In this document: positions 27,061 through 32,000 of the stretch, one piece after another | Layout of the letters: every line of letters begins with the position of its first letter | Position numbering within the stretch: the first letter of the stretch is position 1 | Made by a program: the position numbers and the translations under genes | Notes under the pieces: generated by a model | Told to the model about the DNA's origin: nothing | The model's input: the letters and a program-made list of their open reading frames with translations, nothing else | The model's database searches: none | From: Saccharolobus solfataricus | GTDB taxonomy: Archaea; Thermoproteota; Thermoprotei_A; Sulfolobales; Sulfolobaceae | DNA length: 32,000 nucleotides | Assembly: GCF_900079115.1 (NCBI RefSeq) | Contig: NZ_LT549890.1 | Location: forward strand, 2,190,001-2,222,000 | Direction: 5' to 3'

Positions 27061-27293
27061 CCACATATTGGGAAATACAATCTTCTGGAAAGTTCTATAA
27101 TTTTCACATCATATACTTCCTCTATAGGATTTAAATCAGACCCTTCTTCCCAAATCATGTAGCCGTTTGCAAATATGCTATTCTTCTCTCCACTATAAAA
27201 CAGTATTTCCTTTATAAACGGTATTTTTCTTAGAGAGTTGATTATTCCTCTTATGTTTTTATCTATTATCCTATACTTGACTACAACAATCAC
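27057..27293 (-). CDS. Small hypothetical protein
   Basis: 78-aa ORF, convergent with a 4-nt overlap. No motif recognised. Confidence 0.35.
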   Translation of the reverse strand: MIVVVKYRIIDKNIRGIINSLRKIPFIKEILFYSGEKNSIFANGYMIWEEGSDLNPIEEVYDVKIIELSRRLYFPICG

Positions 27294-27386
27294 ATATTAT
27301 AATTGTCCCTATATTCTCTTAAGATAATTGATAATAATAGATGGTATTTTCATAAACCATTTAAATTTGAGTCTTACTAATAGCTT

Positions 27387-27770
27387 ATGCAACTTGAAAA
27401 TAAGCCCATTATTGTGATCTCTTCAACCAACAGCGAGGAAATACCGAATTTTGTAAGGGCGATGTTTAAGGATTGTAGATTAAACGGGAGTAAGAAGTTA
27501 GTAATAAATTTCGTTTCATCAATCTCATATCCAGAGTTTGTACAAAACGCTAGGGAAGCTCTTTTAGATAATATAGATTTGGGTGTGTACATCTATATAT
27601 GGAAGCCGGAAGAGGTTGACCAAATGATGAGAAGGATTATGGAAAATCATAAGGATATGAAAGGGATGATAATATATTGCGATGACAATAATAAACATAT
27701 GATCGAAAAAATACTTCCTAAGATTCCTAATTCGATAAAGGCTAATATTATAAAGGATTATTGTAAATAA
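27387..27770 (+). CDS. Hypothetical protein
   Basis: 127-aa ORF, longer and more protein-like than the antisense ORF 27377-27592. Confidence 0.5.
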   Translation: MQLENKPIIVISSTNSEEIPNFVRAMFKDCRLNGSKKLVINFVSSISYPEFVQNAREALLDNIDLGVYIYIWKPEEVDQMMRRIMENHKDMKGMIIYCDDNNKHMIEKILPKIPNSIKANIIKDYCK

Positions 27771-27809
27771 TTTTTTATTCTAACGAGAGGAGTAGATAGT
27801 GGTGCTAAA

Positions 27810-29171
27810 TTGAAAAGAGCCGAATATGATGTTTTGATTATTGGTTTAGGAATAGCTGGCGCGTCACTTGCTTGGAAATTGTCCCAATCTAATCTCAAGG
27901 TCTTAGCAATAGACAGTAAACCTTGGAATAGATTTGGGGATAAACCTTGTGGAGATGCTATAAGTAAAGAACATTTTGATAACTTGGGTATGCCTTATCC
28001 TCAAGGTAAAGAGTTAGAGGAAAAAGTAGAGGGTATAAGGCTATACAGCCCCGATATGAAAACTATTTGGACTGTAAAAGGAGAAGGTTTTGAAATTGAT
28101 TCTCCTAGTTACGTACAGAGATTAGCCAAGGAGGCTAGAGATAGGGGAGTTGAAATTTTGGATCTAACAACAGCAATGAAACCTATAGTAATAGGCAATA
28201 AGGTTGAAGGTGCAGTTTTATTTAACAGAAGAACTAACGAAACTATCGAGGCTAAGGCTAAAATTACCGTTGACGCCACTGGATATTCAACTAGTTTCAG
28301 AAATAAGTTGCCGTTTGAATTTCCGGTGACTGAAACATTAGATGACAAAGATGCAGATATCGCTTATAGAGAAGTACTAAATACTAAAGACGAAATTGAG
28401 GAATACCCATATTTAAGGATATTCATAACACAGAAAGCCTCACCAGGGGGATATTGGTGGTACTTCCCTAAGGGACCGAACAAGGTCAATGTTGGTCTAG
28501 GTATACAAGGAGGTATGGGTTATCCCAGTATTCATGAGTTTTACAATAAATATGTTGACTATTATGCTCCGGATATAGATAAGAATAGACTCTTAGTTAA
28601 AGGCGGGGCGTTAGTACCGACGAGAAGACCATTAGCGACTATCGTATGGGATGGTGTAGCAGTAATAGGTGACTCAGCATTTACAGTGAATCCAGTACAT
28701 GGAGGAGGCAAAGGTTCTGCAATGATTTCAGCTTACTGTGTTGGTAAAGCTATACTTAATGCCTTTGAGGTTAATGATTTCTCGGCAAAAGGACTATGGG
28801 ATGCTAACGAATGTTATATAGAGAGATATGGTGCTAAGCAAGCTAGCCTTGACTTGTTTAGGAGATTTTTACAAAGGTTAAGCGACGATGAGATCAATTA
28901 TGGAATGAATAGAAAAGTCATAAGAGAGGAGGACTTATTAGAGGCGAGTGCAAATGGTGATCTCCAACTTTCCACAGCAGAAAAAGCGATGAGAGTTATA
29001 ATGGCTCTAGGGAAACCATCACTACTTTTTAAGCTAAAGACTGTTGCTGAGTATATGAAGAAAGTTAAGGACGTTTACAAACACTTCCCAGCAGAACCTA
29101 AAGACTTAATGAAGTGGAAACATAGCGTGGACTCGATAATTTTAGAATTTAATAAAGCTTTGGAAAAGTAG
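27810..29171 (+). CDS. Digeranylgeranylglycerophospholipid (geranylgeranyl) reductase
   Basis: 453 aa with [27 protein letters not shown] (YxWxFP) and VIGDSAF. The size matches the characterised ~452-aa Sulfolobus GGR. TTG start. Confidence 0.85.
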   Translation: MKRAEYDVLIIGLGIAGASLAWKLSQSNLKVLAIDSKPWNRFGDKPCGDAISKEHFDNLGMPYPQGKELEEKVEGIRLYSPDMKTIWTVKGEGFEIDSPSYVQRLAKEARDRGVEILDLTTAMKPIVIGNKVEGAVLFNRRTNETIEAKAKITVDATGYSTSFRNKLPFEFPVTETLDDKDADIAYREVLNTKDEIEEYPYLRIFITQKASPGGYWWYFPKGPNKVNVGLGIQGGMGYPSIHEFYNKYVDYYAPDIDKNRLLVKGGALVPTRRPLATIVWDGVAVIGDSAFTVNPVHGGGKGSAMISAYCVGKAILNAFEVNDFSAKGLWDANECYIERYGAKQASLDLFRRFLQRLSDDEINYGMNRKVIREEDLLEASANGDLQLSTAEKAMRVIMALGKPSLLFKLKTVAEYMKKVKDVYKHFPAEPKDLMKWKHSVDSIILEFNKALEK

Positions 29172-30758
29172 TATAACTATAAGTAAAACATACGGTGTTA
29201 TCAAGGGGATCCAGAACGTTTTTGAAGTGTAATTTCCTACGTCTTCCAGTGCCTTAAGCATAATAGATATTATTTTTCCGAGTATCTTTACACCTTTTAT
29301 TTTAACTACTTTATATTCTACTCTATTTATTTCCTTCATATTCTCTGTAGACCTTTTAATTAGTTCAGATGCAATATTCACAAGATCTTCACAAAAAGTA
29401 GCCGGAGAATATGTGATCCCTAAACTTACTCCAGTACAAGAATGGTCATCTGGCGTGACTAAAATTACCTTGTCCACAATCTGTCTTACTGCATTAGATA
29501 TAGCGTAATTAAGTTCTTTAGTTGAGTTATTAGCGTAAATGTAAACGATGGACACTCTCTTTACTCCATCATCAAATGTGAAGACACGTATACGGTTGTC
29601 GCATAATCCATCACATGCTTTACCTAACTTTCCCTCCGAATATCCTACCATAAGTCTCCTTGTGCTTTTAATCCCTCTTTGATCCGCGATGAAGTCCTTT
29701 AGACTATTTATTTCATGACTATCATATTCTCTTTCTAAGAAAGAGTTATGGCAATCAATAAGGTAATTGTTTGAAGACAACATATATTTCCACAGGGAAG
29801 ATGGTAAATCGTCTATCCCAAACTCTGGTCTCTCCATAAACGATACTCTAAACTTATCGAATTCTAATGATGTAATATCAAAAGTAGAGCGTCTCTCGAT
29901 TGAAATGCCATAAAAAGTCGCTTTATTCCAATCATTACGTTCTATAGTGCTTTTTGAGATAGCTTCTATTACTTTATTTACTTCTGCTGATGAGGGTAAA
30001 TCTAATTCGTGACTACCTGGTCCATGGAATACTGTTACTATGTTATTTCGTAAGGCTTTTTCAATATCGTAGACAAATCTAGAACTACCAACGTTATCGA
30101 AAACTCCGAAATGTATTTGGGGTATCATAAACAAAAAATCGTCCAATTTGTACATAAATACGTTCAGAGTAGTTTTTACAGAGATAAGATTTAGAAAATT
30201 TTCCAAAGGGACCTTATTCTTTTCTGTTATAGCAGTTATGAAGGGAACAGCTACTTGCGTTGATTTTAGCCCAAGTATTTTTACGCCCTTTCGATTAACA
30301 GTATATATATAGAAATGAAATATTAACCCTATAATAAGTATATATAGTAAAAAAATAATCGAATATTTAAAGTAAAATATTATAGGAACATATGATGTAA
30401 TTCCAGATAACACTATTGAAGGAATTTCTTTATAACTACCTAAGAGAATATACGCCATTAAAGGCATGAAAAATCCAAACGCGTAAAATGGAGTTATAGG
30501 TAACAGAGAAAGTAGAAGATAAGGTATCGCAGTTAGATTCATCATAAACAAGGCTATTTTTATTTTATTCTTAAAAATTATTATCAAGAGAATTGAATAG
30601 AGCACAAACGAAAATAGATAATCGAAAGTGAGTTGGAAACTCCTTAACAGTATAAGCAATGATTCTACTGAAAAAGTTGTTGCAAATATTTTTATACTAG
30701 GCAGAGTTTTAAGATAACCATAGTATTTCCTTGTCAAATTTTCAGTATCCATGTCCAT
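29142..30758 (-). CDS. Conserved archaeal membrane protein: N-terminal multi-TM region plus a soluble domain and a C-terminal TM (DUF2070-like, from memory)
   Basis: 538 aa with about 6 TM helices in the first 170 aa and a hydrophilic domain after them. The final helix is [17 protein letters not shown]. Confidence 0.6.
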   Translation of the reverse strand: MDMDTENLTRKYYGYLKTLPSIKIFATTFSVESLLILLRSFQLTFDYLFSFVLYSILLIIIFKNKIKIALFMMNLTAIPYLLLSLLPITPFYAFGFFMPLMAYILLGSYKEIPSIVLSGITSYVPIIFYFKYSIIFLLYILIIGLIFHFYIYTVNRKGVKILGLKSTQVAVPFITAITEKNKVPLENFLNLISVKTTLNVFMYKLDDFLFMIPQIHFGVFDNVGSSRFVYDIEKALRNNIVTVFHGPGSHELDLPSSAEVNKVIEAISKSTIERNDWNKATFYGISIERRSTFDITSLEFDKFRVSFMERPEFGIDDLPSSLWKYMLSSNNYLIDCHNSFLEREYDSHEINSLKDFIADQRGIKSTRRLMVGYSEGKLGKACDGLCDNRIRVFTFDDGVKRVSIVYIYANNSTKELNYAISNAVRQIVDKVILVTPDDHSCTGVSLGITYSPATFCEDLVNIASELIKRSTENMKEINRVEYKVVKIKGVKILGKIISIMLKALEDVGNYTSKTFWIPLITPYVLLIVILLFQSFIKF

Positions 30759-30788
30759 GATAAGTTGATGGGGTGAAATAAAATAGTT

Positions 30789-31079
30789 TTGTCAATTAAT
30801 AAGGAAAAACTAGGTGCAGACAAGGTAATAAAAAATTCGTTAGACTATTGCGATTTATATATCATACAAAAAGGTGATAAAGTGTTTCTTCTATACCTAT
30901 TTGAGAGACGAGGATACTATTATTTCAAAATAATGCCGGAAATTGTCGGAAAATGGGAAGATTGTGAAAACGTAGTCTATACTGCATTTGGGCTTTTTGG
31001 TTTTGTAAGTAACCAAGAAGAATTAGAGCAAAAAATTAAAGAGAAGATTGAGGTGTTAATGCGAAATGTCAGTACTTAA
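30789..31079 (+). CDS. Small hypothetical protein
   Basis: 96 aa with a TTG start. It overlaps the downstream HAD gene by 14 nt. Confidence 0.35.
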   Translation: MSINKEKLGADKVIKNSLDYCDLYIIQKGDKVFLLYLFERRGYYYFKIMPEIVGKWEDCENVVYTAFGLFGFVSNQEELEQKIKEKIEVLMRNVST

Positions 31080-31860
31080 CGGCTATCAATTAATAATAAG
31101 TGATGTAGATGGGGTAATAGTAAGAGAAGGAGATCCAATATGGGAGAATATTCAAGCGCTAAGGAATATACAAAATAACGGAGTTAAGATCATATTTGTA
31201 ACAAACAACTCTGGTTTTAGTAGGATCTTATTATCTAGGCAGTTATCATACTTAGGCCTTAAAGTTACCCCAGATATGATAATTACAAGTGGTTTAGCTG
31301 CAGCAATTTATATGAAAGAAAAACTCAATGTCAAATCAGTATTCGCAGTAGGCGAAGAGGGCCTTATTGAAGAATTGAAAAATCACGGTTTTTTAGTATT
31401 CTCAAGCGCAGAATCAGAGAGAATTTTACCAGACGCGGTCGTAATGGGATTAGATAGGTTAAGTACCTATGATAAACTGTCGTTAGCCATGAGGTGCATA
31501 AGCAAAGGATCGAAATTTATAGTAACAAATATGGACAGGCTTTGGCCAGCTAAGGATGGATTAAAATTGGGTGCCGGTGCGTTAGCTAGTTCTATAATTT
31601 ACGCGTTAAGAAGGGATCCGGACTTCATAGCTGGGAAACCTAATACTTGGATAGTAGAAATAGCCATGCGGATTTCTAATGTTAAGAAGTTAGATAAGAT
31701 TCTAGTTATAGGAGATCAAATAGAGACTGATATCCAGATGGGGTACAATATAGGTGCCGACACTGCATTAGTCTTAACTGGAATATCAAACGTAGATGAT
31801 GTTGATAGGAGTAATGTTAAGCCGAAATATGTAGTAAATACTTTATTAGACCTTTTGTGA
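31066..31860 (+). CDS. HAD-superfamily subfamily IIA phosphatase (NagD-like)
   Basis: Motif [10 protein letters not shown], motif II FVTNNS, and motif [10 protein letters not shown]. Confidence 0.85.
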   Translation: MSVLNGYQLIISDVDGVIVREGDPIWENIQALRNIQNNGVKIIFVTNNSGFSRILLSRQLSYLGLKVTPDMIITSGLAAAIYMKEKLNVKSVFAVGEEGLIEELKNHGFLVFSSAESERILPDAVVMGLDRLSTYDKLSLAMRCISKGSKFIVTNMDRLWPAKDGLKLGAGALASSIIYALRRDPDFIAGKPNTWIVEIAMRISNVKKLDKILVIGDQIETDIQMGYNIGADTALVLTGISNVDDVDRSNVKPKYVVNTLLDLL

Positions 31861-31907
31861 AATTGTAGAAAGAATACTTAAAAACTATTACGCAAATATA
31901 AACATGT

Positions 31908-32000
31908 ATGGAAAAGATCGAATACGACGCTGTTGTAATTGGAGGAGGACTAGCAGGATTAATGAGTGCACATGAGATAGCCTCTGCTGGTTTTAAAGTT
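31908..32000 (+). CDS. FAD-dependent oxidoreductase, N-terminal fragment (succinate dehydrogenase/fumarate reductase flavoprotein-like)
   Basis: [31 protein letters not shown] contains a GxGxxG dinucleotide fold. It is truncated by the window end. Confidence 0.6.
   Translation, partial: MEKIEYDAVVIGGGLAGLMSAHEIASAGFKV

Overview
AT-rich crenarchaeal chromosome segment, Sulfolobus/Saccharolobus solfataricus-like. The assignment rests on the gene order flaB-X-G-F-H-I, a 1173-bp IS1-type element, leaderless TATA-to-ATG spacing, and an MTA phosphorylase with a C-terminal CSCC tail. There are three blocks. (1) 1-5.9 kb holds the archaellum operon on the minus strand (flaB, flaX, flaG, flaF, flaH, flaI). 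flaG is cleanly split by an intact IS with perfect 49-bp TIRs and an 8-bp TSD. (2) 5.9-17.4 kb is an accessory, mosaic region. It holds two paralogous membrane-protein modules flanking an ArnR-like membrane-anchored regulator, a solo IS end, and three copies of a ~165-bp MITE. It also holds a decayed IS5-like element, an orphan RHH gene, three mutually paralogous and highly diverged ParA/MinD-type (KGGxGK[ST]) ATPases interleaved with a Zn-ADH and a small acidic protein, and an SSV-type integrase N-fragment reading into an intact tRNA-Leu(GAG). (3) 17.4-32 kb is housekeeping: aRF1, purine PRTase, MTAP, a hexaprenyl-type prenyl synthase, a RimK-type ATP-grasp, Lrp, two geranylgeranyl-reductase paralogs, asparaginase, a HAD phosphatase and others. 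The best candidate for an undescribed system is the RHH + triplicated orphan ParA/MinD ATPase + small partner protein cluster. It lies between the archaellum regulon and the integration scar. No function is demonstrated. All calls come from reading the sequence by eye and no database search was run.
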